Positions 1 through 19,100 of a DNA stretch of 64,000 nucleotides are shown in pieces. Under the pieces are notes generated by a model. That model did not search any database and had not been told where the DNA came from. It was given only the letters and a program-made list of their open reading frames with translations. The DNA is taken from contig OZ038379.1 in assembly GCA_964036045.1 (NCBI GenBank), positions 13,020,001 through 13,084,000 on the forward strand, written 5' to 3'. The DNA is from Eutreptiella sp. 'Long Island Sound 2002'. Its lineage: Eukaryota > Protista > Euglenida. Within the stretch, counting starts at the first letter, position 1, and the number at the start of each line of letters is the position of its first letter. A program made the translations under genes and the position numbers.

Positions 1-146
1 GACCCCCCCTCCCGCCCCGTGTCAAACCGCCTGAAGAGTCAACAACCAACCGACCAAGCGGGTCCCGCAAGGGGGCCCTAGAGCCATGACTGCAGTCACA
101 TGCACGCTGCTGCAGCTCCCAGGCCCCCCGTACATTGCCCAGGGAC

Positions 147-8213
<8,067 letters not shown>

Positions 8214-8234
8214 TTCCAAAGTTACAGAGGCAGA

Positions 8235-8262
8235 CTTGGGGTGATCAGAAGAAAGGAAGAAG
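8235..8262 (-). promoter_or_regulatory. Polypyrimidine tract plus AG just upstream of the putative CPT1 start; candidate trans-splice (SL) or cis 3' splice acceptor
   Basis: Minus strand reads cttcttcctttcttctgatcaccccaAG|tctgcc, with ATG 21 nt downstream of the AG. The role is inferred. Confidence 0.4.
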
Positions 8263-8349
8263 CCCAGGGCTGCCGGGTGTAAGCTGCGCCCATCGATCAG
8301 TGACGTGGGCGTCACCCGTGATACGTGTGGGACTGTTGGGCTCGGTCTG

Positions 8350-8403
8350 TCAGGCCATAAATAAAATCAATGCACGTCATAGAGCTGGGTAAAATGTCAT
8401 CCT
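8350..8403 (-). ncRNA. Terminal, truncated paralog of box C/D snoRNA A (D' guide kept, D guide lost)
   Basis: Minus: AGGATGA cattttacccagctct ATGA cgtgcattgattttatttatggc CTGA. The 13-nt D-guide segment of array copies is replaced by 3 nt. Confidence 0.6.
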
Positions 8404-8445
8404 CCCATCGAACATAAAATGGGTTGGTTTGCAACACCGGAACTA

Positions 8446-9120
8446 GGGGGCGTGTGCACACAGCGCGGGCACAGCGCGGGCACAGCGCGCACATGAAATT
8501 GGGGGTTTTTGCTACAATTGGCAATATTCTTGCCTATACAAACCATACCACCCCCACAACGTTGCACAGCCTGATGTTTCCTTATTTAGCTCTGGCACGG
8601 ACAGGGGAGGGAGTGTCGGACCTTCCTTCACGGACGCCCGGGCGAGCTGCTCTCGTAGTTGCCGAGTTTCTCTGGCTTGCTCCGGGAGTCTCTCCTCGGC
8701 GGAAGCGTGAGGCTGATGTGATTCTGAGGTTGCATTTCATGCCCGTCCATGGCACTGATTATGAAAAGAAGACAGAAAAACTGCCTAAGTATGGAAGTGC
8801 AGACAACAATTGAGGCAAGGCTCAACTAGTGATTTCTGTGCTGCCGGCTGATGAGGAGGACGAATCAGAACTGTGTGCACTTACAGTAGAGCCAATGGAT
8901 ATGTATTGGGCGAATCTCCAAAAAGATACCACGAACCTATAGGAATAGATGCACAACAACACATACCAATGCACTAGAAATGAGGGCAAAGCATGCATGC
9001 AACTCATATAAATGCATAACAAGGCTTATTGCTACGGGTACTAGGCACCATTATGCAGGTTGGACAAAGTCCTGTACAAACTTTGTGAACAGCGCGGGCA
9101 CAACGCGCAAAACGCCACCC
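8446..9120. mobile_element. 675-bp non-autonomous insertion (MITE-like) flanked by a TA (extendable to CTAG) duplication, inserted into the terminal array unit
   Basis: Intact units read ggaacTAgaaatatg; here ggaacTA[GGGGGCGTGT...AAACGCCACCC]TAgaaatatg. Imperfect short TIRs; sub-terminal CAGCGCGGGCACA motifs in direct orientation at both ends. Confidence 0.7.
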
Positions 9121-9392
9121 TAGAAATATGCAAAAAAGGAGAGGGGTTGAACAATTAAAACACTAAGATCCCCCAATCTGGATATCCACTGTACCACTTT
9201 TGGTGTTCTGTCCACATTGTCTCTCAAATGAACACAATGCCCTGTGAATCTTACAAACAATGGGTCTACTAACGTCAGTCACTCACAGAAATATGACCTA
9301 GGACCTTGCAAACCTCACAGAACACGGTCACATTGGGGTTTCAAAAATGAGGGAACATCATTGTTAGATAAAAATGTCATGATAGGTGAGCT
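9121..9392 (-). pseudogene. Diverged terminal portion of the array unit
   Basis: Alignable to array spacer (e.g. 11149-11375) but with many substitutions and about 60 extra nt; near-identity to the array resumes at ~9393. Confidence 0.7.
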
Positions 9393-11052
9393 ATTGAGGC
9401 CTTGCGGATCACAGCAGCGTAAAGCCATGGCATGATATCCACGTTGCTTATTGGGTAGATAGATTTACTAGTGTTGCATTTGTTCTTCAACCTGGATATG
9501 TCCATCACCACCCACATTCTATCTGCACATCTACCATATTGTATCATTGAAATATAATCGCAGCCACCAGCTGTGCAGATACTTTAGCCAACCCTTTCAC
9601 AGCGACTTGCAGATCCATCTTCCATTCGCCTTTCAGTCCAACAGGGAACACAATTGAAATCTTAGTTGGTCATCGAGCTGGGTAAGGTCTCATCATGGCG
9701 CTTACATAACACAAACACCTGCATCTGAACACAAAAAGTGTCACCAACAGCAAAGGCGTATCAGATTGAGGACTGGAAGAATGGGTCACATCATTGCTCA
9801 GCAACACTACTCATCATTCGCCACCAAGAAATAGCACCTGCAACATCCCAAACATCAATCTTTCGGAACATGCCTCCGGGAGGGCACACCCACACCTTGT
9901 GGCTCAATGAAAGAGTGTAACACAGCCAACACCAGTTCTACGCAATGCCACAAATTCCAATCTACAATGAGGTGATTCAGCAGTGGTTGAGGACATGTGG
10001 AACATCAGCAATCAGCAAATACACAAACTCATCACAACCTCAGTACGTGTAATGGCCATTGATGAAATGCTTAGGCAGTGGTTGAGGATTGTCTTGACAT
10101 CATGAACACAAATAGCATAAGTCCCCCTGACAGAAAGCTCACAGGCAGAGACTCTGTGTTGGCAAATACAAAACATAAATGCACTGTACAAATCAGACTG
10201 ACGTATGAAGCAACAACACATTCTAACCTCACATGTACAAACATGAAAAAATGCAAACACGGGACAAACCAAAAGAGCTGGCTAACCTAAATGGCACACG
10301 GAGTCAATTGTACGTCTTCTACGCAGCATAGCTAAGATTTGATCTTAAGTTGATTGTACCAACCTTTCACAAGAGAGAAACAAACTCCTAGCCAGCTACC
10401 ATGCATTGTGCCTTCACCACTCTTGGATGTTTTTTGTTTTGTCAGTGTGCCAGTCTGCTCTGTTAAAGCGAGATGTATCAATGATGAAAACCAAAACAGA
10501 CACAGTGTCACCTATGCAGCAGTGGTGCATGGCTGTGCAACTGCACCATCAGATTAGTCTGTCCTGCTTGGCTGGACCCTAGCACAGCAAACGTACCTTA
10601 CATTGCAACCATTGTGTGCATGTGCACAATGCAACAACACTATCTGCAATATACACAGACAACATTGCATCCCATCAGTCAATATTCGTTTAAGCATGTA
10701 TCGATCAGACAAATGCCTCAAAGCATCACATTTTCTTGGAACCCTTGGCCCACTGGGTTTTCTACACCCTACAGTGCACACTCAAAATCATCATCTATCT
10801 TCTGCAGCAACACATACCCCCATCTGATGACACCCAAACAACGACAACAAAGCAACGCATGGCCATGATGCAGGAATTGTGGCAGGAATGCTTTAACATC
10901 AAGCTTCAGCCACAAATTAAAATCCCCATTGCACAATATTACATCCAAATGTACAAATCAACAACCAAGTGTGACTCCTAACATCATGCCCCAAAAATAC
11001 AAGCAAGAAAGACACTTGGATACCCTGTTTCTGGATAAGGAGGTGCGATGTC

Positions 11053-11117
11053 TCAGTCCAACAGGGAACATAAGTAAAATCAATGGCACGTCATAGAGCT
11101 GGGTAAAATGTCATCCT
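11053..11117 (-). ncRNA. Box C/D snoRNA A (representative copy; one per unit), dual guide for LSU rRNA
   Basis: AGGATGA cattttACCCAGCTCt ATGA cgtgccattgattttacttatGTTCCCTGTTGGa CTGA. Guides are antisense to conserved LSU CYAAYAGGGAAC and GAGCUGGGU; the +5 rule gives yeast C2948 and A2934 equivalents. Confidence 0.9.
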
Positions 11118-11494
11118 CCCATCGAACATAAATTTGCAACACCGGAACTAGAAACATGCAAAAAAGAAAAGGGGATGCACACTTAAATCGTCAAGATCAA
11201 TCCACTAATCTCCATATCCACTGCACCACTGTTGTTGTTCTGTTCACATTGTCTCTCAAATGAACACAATGCCCTGTGAATCTCACGCTCAATGGGTCTA
11301 CCAAAGTGAGTCACTCACGTTGGTAACATTATTGTTAGATAGACATGTCATCATAGCTCAGCTACCTCAGCTACCGAGGCCTTGCAGATTACAGCAGCGT
11401 AAAGCCATGGCATGATATCCACGTTGCTTATTGGGCAGATAGATTTACTAGTGTTGCATTTGTTCTTCAACCTGGATATGTCCATCACCACCCA

Positions 11495-11561
11495 CATTCT
11501 ATCTGCACATCTACCATATTGTATAATTGAAATATAATCGCAGCCACCAGCTGTGCAGATA
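11495..11561 (-). ncRNA. Candidate single-hairpin AGA-box (H/ACA-like) pseudouridylation guide
   Basis: Minus: ATCTGCAC...GTGCAGAT AGA atg, a perfect 8-bp basal stem around an internal loop and an AU-rich upper stem, followed by AGA+3 nt. No target identified. Confidence 0.45.
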
Positions 11562-11612
11562 CTTTAGCCAACCCTTTCACAGCCACATGCAGATCCATCT
11601 TCCATTCGCCTT

Positions 11613-11676
11613 TCAGTCCAACAGGGAACACAATTGAAATCTTAGTTGGTCATCGAGCTGGGTAAGGTCTCATCAT
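11613..11676 (-). ncRNA. Box C/D snoRNA B (paralog of A; representative copy, first copy 9633-9696)
   Basis: ATGATGA gaccttACCCAGCTCg ATGA ccaactaagatttcaattgtGTTCCCTGTTGGa CTGA; same two guides and register as A with a diverged interior. Confidence 0.92.
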
Positions 11677-11740
11677 GGCGCTTACATAACACAAACACCT
11701 GCATCTGAACACAAAAAGTGTCACCAACAGCAAAGGCGTA

Positions 11741-11797
11741 TCAGATTGAGGACTGGAAGAATGGGTCACATCATTGCTCAGCAACACTACTCATCAT
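11741..11797 (-). ncRNA. Box C/D snoRNA C (representative copy)
   Basis: ATGATGA gtagtgttg CTGA gca ATGATGT gacccattcttcCAGTCCTCAAt CTGA: full C/D'/C'/D set. D guide is antisense to UUGAGGACUG, resembling the LSU segment that reads UUGAAGACUG in yeast (inferred). Confidence 0.78.
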
Positions 11798-11956
11798 TCG
11801 CCACCAAGAAATAGCACCTGCAACATCCCAAACATCAATCTTTCGGAACATGCCTCCGGGAGGGCACACCCACACCTTGTGGCTCAATGAAAGAGTGTAA
11901 CACAGCCAACACCAGTTCTACGCAATGCCACAAATTCCAATCTACAATGAGGTGAT

Positions 11957-12015
11957 TCAGCAGTGGTTGAGGACATGTGGAACATCAGCAATCAGCAAAT
12001 ACACAAACTCATCAC
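11957..12015 (-). ncRNA. Box C/D snoRNA D (representative copy)
   Basis: GTGATGA gtttgtgtatttg CTGA ttgc TGATGT tccacatgtcctcaaccactg CTGA. D' guide is antisense to (AG)CAAAUAY.CAAA of LSU rRNA just 3' of yeast Am1449/Gm1450. Confidence 0.78.
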
Positions 12016-12019
12016 AACC

Positions 12020-12083
12020 TCAGTACGTGTAATGGCCATTGATGAAATGCTTAGGCAGTGGTTGAGGATTGTCTTGACATCAT
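12020..12083 (-). ncRNA. Candidate box C/D snoRNA E (representative copy)
   Basis: ATGATGT caagacaaTCCTCAACCACTGc CTAA gcatttcatcaatggccattacacgta CTGA. Shares a 13-nt guide with D, placed before a D'-like CTAA; variant box C and no clear C'. Confidence 0.55.
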
Positions 12084-12684
12084 GAACACAAATAGCATAA
12101 GTCCCCCTGACAGAAAGCTCACAGGCAGAGACTCTGTGTTGGCAAATACAAAACATAAATGCACTGTACAAATCAGACTGACGTATGAAGCAACAACACA
12201 TTCTAACCTCACATGTACAAACATGAAAAAATGCAAACACGGGACAAACCAAAAGAGCTGGCTAACCTAAATGGCACACGGAGTCAATTGTACGTCTTCT
12301 ACGCAGCATAGCTAAGATTTGATCTTAAGTTGATTGTACTAACCTTTCACAAGAGAGAAACAAACTCCTAGCCAGCTACCATGCATTGTGCCTTCACCAC
12401 TCTTGGATGTTTTTTGTTTTGTCAGTGTGCCAGTCTGCTCTGTTAAAGCGAGATGTATCAATGATGAAAACCAAAACAGACACAGTGTCACCTATGCAGC
12501 AGTGGTGCATGGCTGTGCAACTGCACCATCAGATTAGTCTGTCCTGCTTGGCTGGACCCTAGCACAGCAAACGTACCTTACATTGCAACCATTGTGTGCA
12601 TGTGCACAATGCAACAACACTATCTGCAATATACACAGACAACATTGCATCCCATCAGTCAATATTCGTTTAAGCATGTATCGA

Positions 12685-12774
12685 TCAGACAAATGCCTCA
12701 AAGCATCACATTTTCTTGGAACCCTTGGCCCACTGGGTTTTCTACACCCTACAGTGCACACTCAAAATCATCAT
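12685..12774 (-). ncRNA. Box C/D snoRNA F (representative copy); snR13/SNORD15-like target
   Basis: ATGATGA...gcttt GAGGCATTTG t CTGA. The 10-nt guide is antisense to conserved LSU CAAAUGCCUC; +5 position is the yeast Am2281 equivalent. Confidence 0.85.
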
Positions 12775-12885
12775 CTATCTTCTGCAGCAACACATACCCC
12801 CATCTGATGACACCCAAACAACGACAACAAAGCAACGCATGGCCATGATGCAGGAATTGTGGCAGGAATGCTTTAACATCAAGCT

Positions 12886-12967
12886 TCAGCCACAAATTAA
12901 AATCCCCATTGCACAATATTACATCCAAATGTACAAATCAACAACCAAGTGTGACTCCTAACATCAT
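12886..12967 (-). ncRNA. Candidate box C/D snoRNA G (representative copy)
   Basis: ATGATGT taggagtcacacttggttg TTGA...tt TAATTTGTG g CTGA. The D guide can pair 9 nt (one G-U) with SSU CGCAAAUUA; +5 is the yeast Am436 equivalent (snR87/SNORD16 site). Short match. Confidence 0.55.
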
Positions 12968-15900
12968 GCCCCAAAAATACAAGCAAGAAAGACACTTGGA
13001 TACCCTGTTTCTGGATAAGGAGGTGCGATGTCTCAGTCCAACAGGGAACATAAGTAAAATCAATGGCACGTCATAGAGCTGGGTAAAATGTCATCCTCCC
13101 ATCGAACATAAATTTGCAACACCGGAACTAGAAACATGCAAAAAAGAAAAGGGGATGCACACTTAAATCGTCAAGATCAATCCACTAATCTCCATATCCA
13201 CTGCACCACTGTTGTTGTTCTGTTCACATTGTCTCTCAAATGAACACAATGCCCTGTGAATCTCACGCTCAATGGGTCTACCAAAGTGAGTCACTCACGT
13301 TGGTAACATTATTGTTAGATAGACATGTCATCATAGCTCAGCTACCTCAGCTACCGAGGCCTTGCAGATTACAGCAGCGTAAAGCCATGGCATGATATCC
13401 ACGTTGCTTATTGGGCAGATAGATTTACTAGTGTTGCATTTGTTCTTCAACCTGGATATGTCCATCACCACCCACATTCTATCTGCACATCTACCATATT
13501 GTATAATTGAAATATAATCGCAGCCACCAGCTGTGCAGATACTTTAGCCAACCCTTTCACAGCCACATGCAGATCCATCTTCCATTCACCTTTCAGTCCA
13601 ACAGGGAACACAATTGAAATCATAGTTGGTCATCGAGCTGGGTAAGGTCTCATCATGGCGCTTACATAACACAAACACCTGCATCTGAACACAAAAAGTG
13701 TCACCAACAGCAAAGACGTATCAGATTGAGGACTGGAAGAATGGGTCACATCATTGCTCAGCAACACTACTCATCATTCGCCACCAAGAAATAGCACCTG
13801 CAACATCCCAAACATCGATCTTTCGGAACATGCCTCCGGGAGGGCACATCCACACCTTGTGGCTCAATGAAAGAGTGTAACACAGCCAACACCAGTTCTA
13901 CGCAATGCCACAAATCCCAATCTACAATGAGGTGATTCAGCAGTGGTTGAGGACATGTGGAACATCAGCAATCAGCAAATACACAAACTCATCACAACCT
14001 CAGTACGTGTAATGGCCATTGATGAAATGCTTAGGCAGTGGTTGAGGATTGTCTTGACATCATGAACACAAATAGCATAAGTCCCCCTGACAGAAAGCTC
14101 ACAGGCAGAGACTCTGTGTTGGCAAATACAAAACATAAATGCACTGTACAAATCAGACTGACGTATGAAGCAACAACACATTCTAACCTCACATGTACAA
14201 ACATGAACAAATGCAAACACTGGACAAACCAAAAGAGCTGGCTAACCTAAATGGCACACGGAGTCAATTGTACGTCTTTTACGCAACATAGCTAAGATTT
14301 GATTGTACCAACCTTTCACAAGAGAGAAACAAACTCCTAGCCAGCTACCATGCATTGTGCATCTGAAAGCCTTCACCACTCTTGGATGTTTTTTGTTTTG
14401 TCAGTGTGCCAGTCTGCTCTGTTAAAGCGAGATGTATCAATGATGAAAACCAAAACAGACACAGTGTCACCTATGCAGCAGTGGTGCATGGCTGTGCAAC
14501 TGCACCATCAGATTAGTCTGTCCTGCTTGGCTGGACCCTAGCACAGCAAACGTACCTTACATTGCAACCATTGTGTGCATGTGCACAATGCAACAACACT
14601 ATCTGCAATATACACAGACAACATTGCATCCCATCAGTCAATATTCGTTTAAGCATGTATCGATCAGACAAATGCCTCAAAGCATCACATTTTCTTGGAA
14701 CCCTTGGCCCACTGGGTTTTCTACACTCTACAGTGCACACTCAAAATCATCATCTATCTTCTGCAGCAACACATACCCCCATCTGATGACACCCAAACAA
14801 CGACAACAAAGCAACGCATGGCCATGATGCAGGAATTGTGGCAGGAATGGTTTAACATCAAGCTTCAGCTACAAATTAAAATCCCCATTGCACAATATTA
14901 CATCCAAATGTACAAATCAACAACCAAGTGTAACTCCTCACATCATGCCCCAAAAATACAAGCAAGAAAGACACTTGGATACCCTGTTTCTGGATAAGGA
15001 GGTGCGATGTCTCAGTCCAACAGGGAACATAAGTAAAATCAATGGCACGTCATAGAGCTGGGTAAAATGTCATCCTCCCATCGAACATAAATTTGCAACA
15101 CCGGAACTAGAAACATGCAAAAAAGAAAAGGGGATGCACACTTAAATCGTCAAGATCAATCCACTAATCTCCATATCCACTGCACCACTGTTGTTGTTCT
15201 GTTCACATTGTCTCTCAAATGAACACAATGCCCTGTGAATCTCACGCTCAATGGGTCTACCAAAGTGAGTCACTCACGTTGGTAACATTATTGTTAGATA
15301 GACATGTCATCATAGCTCAGCTACCTCAGCTACCGAGGCCTTGCGGATCACAGCAGCGTAAAGCCATGGCATGATATCCACGTTGCTTATTGGGTAGATA
15401 GATTTACTAGTGTTGCATTTGTTCTTCAACCTGGATATGTCCATCACCACCCACATTCTATCTGCACATCTACCATTTTGTATAATTGAAATATAATCGC
15501 AGCCACCAGCTGTGCAGATACTTTAGCCAACCCTTTCACAGCCACATACAGATCCATCTTCCATTCGCCTTTCAGTCCAACAGGGAACACAATTGAAATC
15601 TTAGTTGGTCATCGAGCTGGGTAAGGTCTCATCATGGCGCTTACATAACACAAACAACTGCATCTGAACACAAAAAGTGTCACCAACAGCAAAGGCGTAT
15701 CAGATTGAGGACTGGAAGAATGGGTCACATCATTGCTCAGCAACACTACTCATCATTCGCCACCAAGAAATAGCACCTGCAACATCCCAAACATCAATCT
15801 TTCGGAACATGCCTCCGGGAGGGCACACCCACACCTTGTGGCTCAATGAAAGAGTGTAACACAGCCAACACCAGTTCTACGCAATGCCACAAATCCCAAT

Positions 15901-16073
15901 CTACAATGAGGTGATTCAGCAGTGGTTGAGGACATGTGGAACATCAGCAATCAGCAAATACACAAACTCATCACAACCTCAGTACGTGTAATGGCCATTG
16001 ATGAAATGCTTAGGCAGTGGTTGAGGATTGTCTTGACATCATGAACACAAATAGCATAAGTCCCCCTGACAGA

Positions 16074-16180
16074 AGCTACTTGGTGGCCTTAGCCAAGGGC
16101 TTGTGGCATTCTCAAGAGTATCTCCACATTCCTTGTGTGGCCACCTACAGATCCGCACACCTGACCCACACTTGGTGCCC
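16074..16180. other. 107-bp optional hairpin-forming cassette (first of 13 consecutive copies; last at 41179-41285)
   Basis: Short allele gacaga|aagctcac versus long gacaga[agctacttgg...tgccc]aagctcac; nested stems GGTGGCC/GGCCACC, CAAGG/CCTTG, TGTGG/CCACA. Confidence 0.9.
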
Positions 16181-19100
16181 AAGCTCACAGGCAGAGACTC
16201 TGTGTTGGCAAATACAAAACATAAATGCACTGTACAAATCAGACTGACGTATGAAGCAACAACACATTCTAACCTCACATGTACAAACATGAAAAAATGC
16301 AAACACTGGACAAACCAAAAGAGCTGGCTAACCTAAATGGCACACGGAGTCAATTGTACGTCTTTTACGCAACATAGCTAAGATTTGATTGTACCAACCT
16401 TTCACAAGAGAGAAACAAACTCCTAGCCAGCTACCATGCATTGTGCATCTGAAAGCCTTCACCACTCTTGGATGTTTTTTGTTTTGTCAGTGTGCCAGTC
16501 TGCTCTGTTAAAGCGAGATGTATCAATGATGAAAACCAAAACAGACACAGTGTCACCTATGCAGCAGTGGTGCATGGCTGTGCAACTGCACCATCAGATT
16601 AGTCTGTCCTGCTTGGCTGGACCCTAGCACAGCAAACGTACCTTACATTGCAACCATTGTGTGCATGTGCACAATGCAACAACACTATCTGCAATATACA
16701 CAGACAACATTGCATCCCATCAGTCAATATTCGTTTAAGCATGTATCGATCAGACAAATGCCTCAAAGCATCACATTTTCTTGGAACCCTTGGCCCACTG
16801 GGTTTTCTACACTCTACAGTGCACACTCAAAATCATCATCTATCTTCTGCAGCAACACATACCCCCATCTGATGACACCCAAACAACGACAACAAAGCAA
16901 CGCATGGCCATGATGCAGGAATTGTGGCAGGAATGGTTTAACATCAAGCTTCAGCTACAAATTAAAATCCCCATTGCACAATATTACATCCAAATGTACA
17001 AATCAACAACCAAGTGTAACTCCTCACATCATGCCCCAAAAATACAAGCAAGAAAGACACTTGGATACCCTGTTTCTGGATAAGGAGGTGCGATGTCTCA
17101 GTCCAACAGGGAACATAAGTAAAATCAATGGCACGTCATAGAGCTGGGTAAAATGTCATCCTCCCATCGAACATAAATTTGCAACACCGGAACTAGAAAC
17201 ATGCAAAAAAGAAAAGGGGATGCACACTTAAATCGTCAAGATCAATCCACTAATCTCCATATCCACTGCACCACTGTTGTTGTTCTGTTCACATTGTCTC
17301 TCAAATGAACACAATGCCCTGTGAATCTCACGCTCAATGGGTCTACCAAAGTGAGTCACTCACGTTGGTAACATTATTGTTAGATAGACATGTCATCATA
17401 GCTCAGCTACCTCAGCTACCGAGGCCTTGCAGATTACAGCAGCGTAAAGCCATGGCATGATATCCACGTTGCTTATTGGGTAGATAGATTTACTAGTGTT
17501 GCATTTGTTCTTCAACCTGGATATGTCCATCACCACCCACATTCTATCTGCACATCTACCATTTTGTATAATTGAAATATAATCGCAGCCACCAGCTGTG
17601 CAGATACTTTAGCCAACCCTTTCACAGCCACATACAGATCCATCTTCCATTCGCCTTTCAGTCCAACAGGGAACACAATTGAAATCTTAGTTGGTCATCG
17701 AGCTGGGTAAGGTCTCATCATGGCGCTTACATAACACAAACAACTGCATCTGAACACAAAAAGTGTCACCAACAGCAAAGGCGTATCAGATTGAGGACTG
17801 GAAGAATGGGTCACATCATTGCTCAGCAACACTACTCATCATTCGCCACCAAGAAATAGCACCTGCAACATCCCAAACATCAATCTTTCGGAACATGCCT
17901 CCGGGAGGGCACACCCACACCTTGTGGCTCAATGAAAGAGTGTAACACAGCCAACACCAGTTCTACGCAATGCCACAAATCCCAATCTACAATGAGGTGA
18001 TTCAGCAGTGGTTGAGGACATGTGGAACATCAGCAATCAGCAAATACACAAACTCATCACAACCTCAGTACGTGTAATGGCCATTGATGAAATGCTTAGG
18101 CAGTGGTTGAGGATTGTCTTGACATCATGAACACAAATAGCATAAGTCCCCCTGACAGAAGCTACTTGGTGGCCTTAGCCAAGGGCTTGTGGCATTCTCA
18201 AGAGTATCTCCACATTCCTTGTGTGGCCACCTACAGATCCGCACACCTGACCCACACTTGGTGCCCAAGCTCACAGGCAGAGACTCTGTGTTGGCAAATA
18301 CAAAACATAAATGCACTGTACAAATCAGACTGACGTATGAAGCAACAACACATTCTAACCTCACATGTACAAACATGAAAAAATGCAAACACTGGACAAA
18401 CCAAAAGAGCTGGCTAACCTAAATGGCACACGGAGTCAATTGTACGTCTTTTACGCAACATAGCTAAGATTTGATTGTACCAACCTTTCACAAGAGAGAA
18501 ACAAACTCCTAGCCAGCTACCATGCATTGTGCATCTGAAAGCCTTCACCACTCTTGGATGTTTTTTGTTTTGTCAGTGTGCCAGTCTGCTCTGTTAAAGC
18601 GAGATGTATCAATGATGAAAACCAAAACAGACACAGTGTCACCTATGCAGCAGTGGTGCATGGCTGTCCAACTACACCATCAGATTAGTCTGTCCTGCTT
18701 GGCTGGACCCTAGCACAGCAAACGTACCTTACATTGCAACCATTGTGTGCATGTGCACAATGCAACAACACTATCTGCAATATACACAGACAACATTGCA
18801 TCCCATCAGTCAATATTCGTTTAAGCATGTATCGATCAGACAAATGCCTCAAAGCATCACATTTTCTTGGAACCCTTGGCCCACTGGGTTTTCTACACCC
18901 TACAGTGCACACTCAAAATCATCATCTATCTTCTACAGCAACACATACCCCCATCTGATGACACCCAAACAACGACAACAAAGCAACGCATGGCCATGAT
19001 GCAGGAATTGTGGCAGGAATGGTTTAACATCAAGCTTCAGCCACAAATTAAAATCCCCATTGCACAATATTACATCCAAATGTACAAATCAACAACCAAG

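Noticed and set aside
11358-11440. Tandem CTGA motifs (minus) as box D of another snoRNA; similarly CTGA near 12174, 12422 and 12528
   Set aside because: No acceptable box C at a suitable distance and no convincing guide match, though degenerate snoRNAs cannot be excluded
11350-11640. Minus-strand frame reading ...SICTAGGCDYISIIQYGRCADRMWVVMDISRL..., loosely like a nucleotide-sugar dehydrogenase N-terminus
   Set aside because: Preceded by an in-frame TAA, no true GxGxxG motif, no downstream continuation; judged coincidental
12038-12111. Plus-strand TTGATGA...CTGA pair (GTGATGA in a few copies) as a C/D snoRNA
   Set aside because: No recognisable rRNA complement, and it overlaps minus-strand module E; all supported modules are on the minus strand
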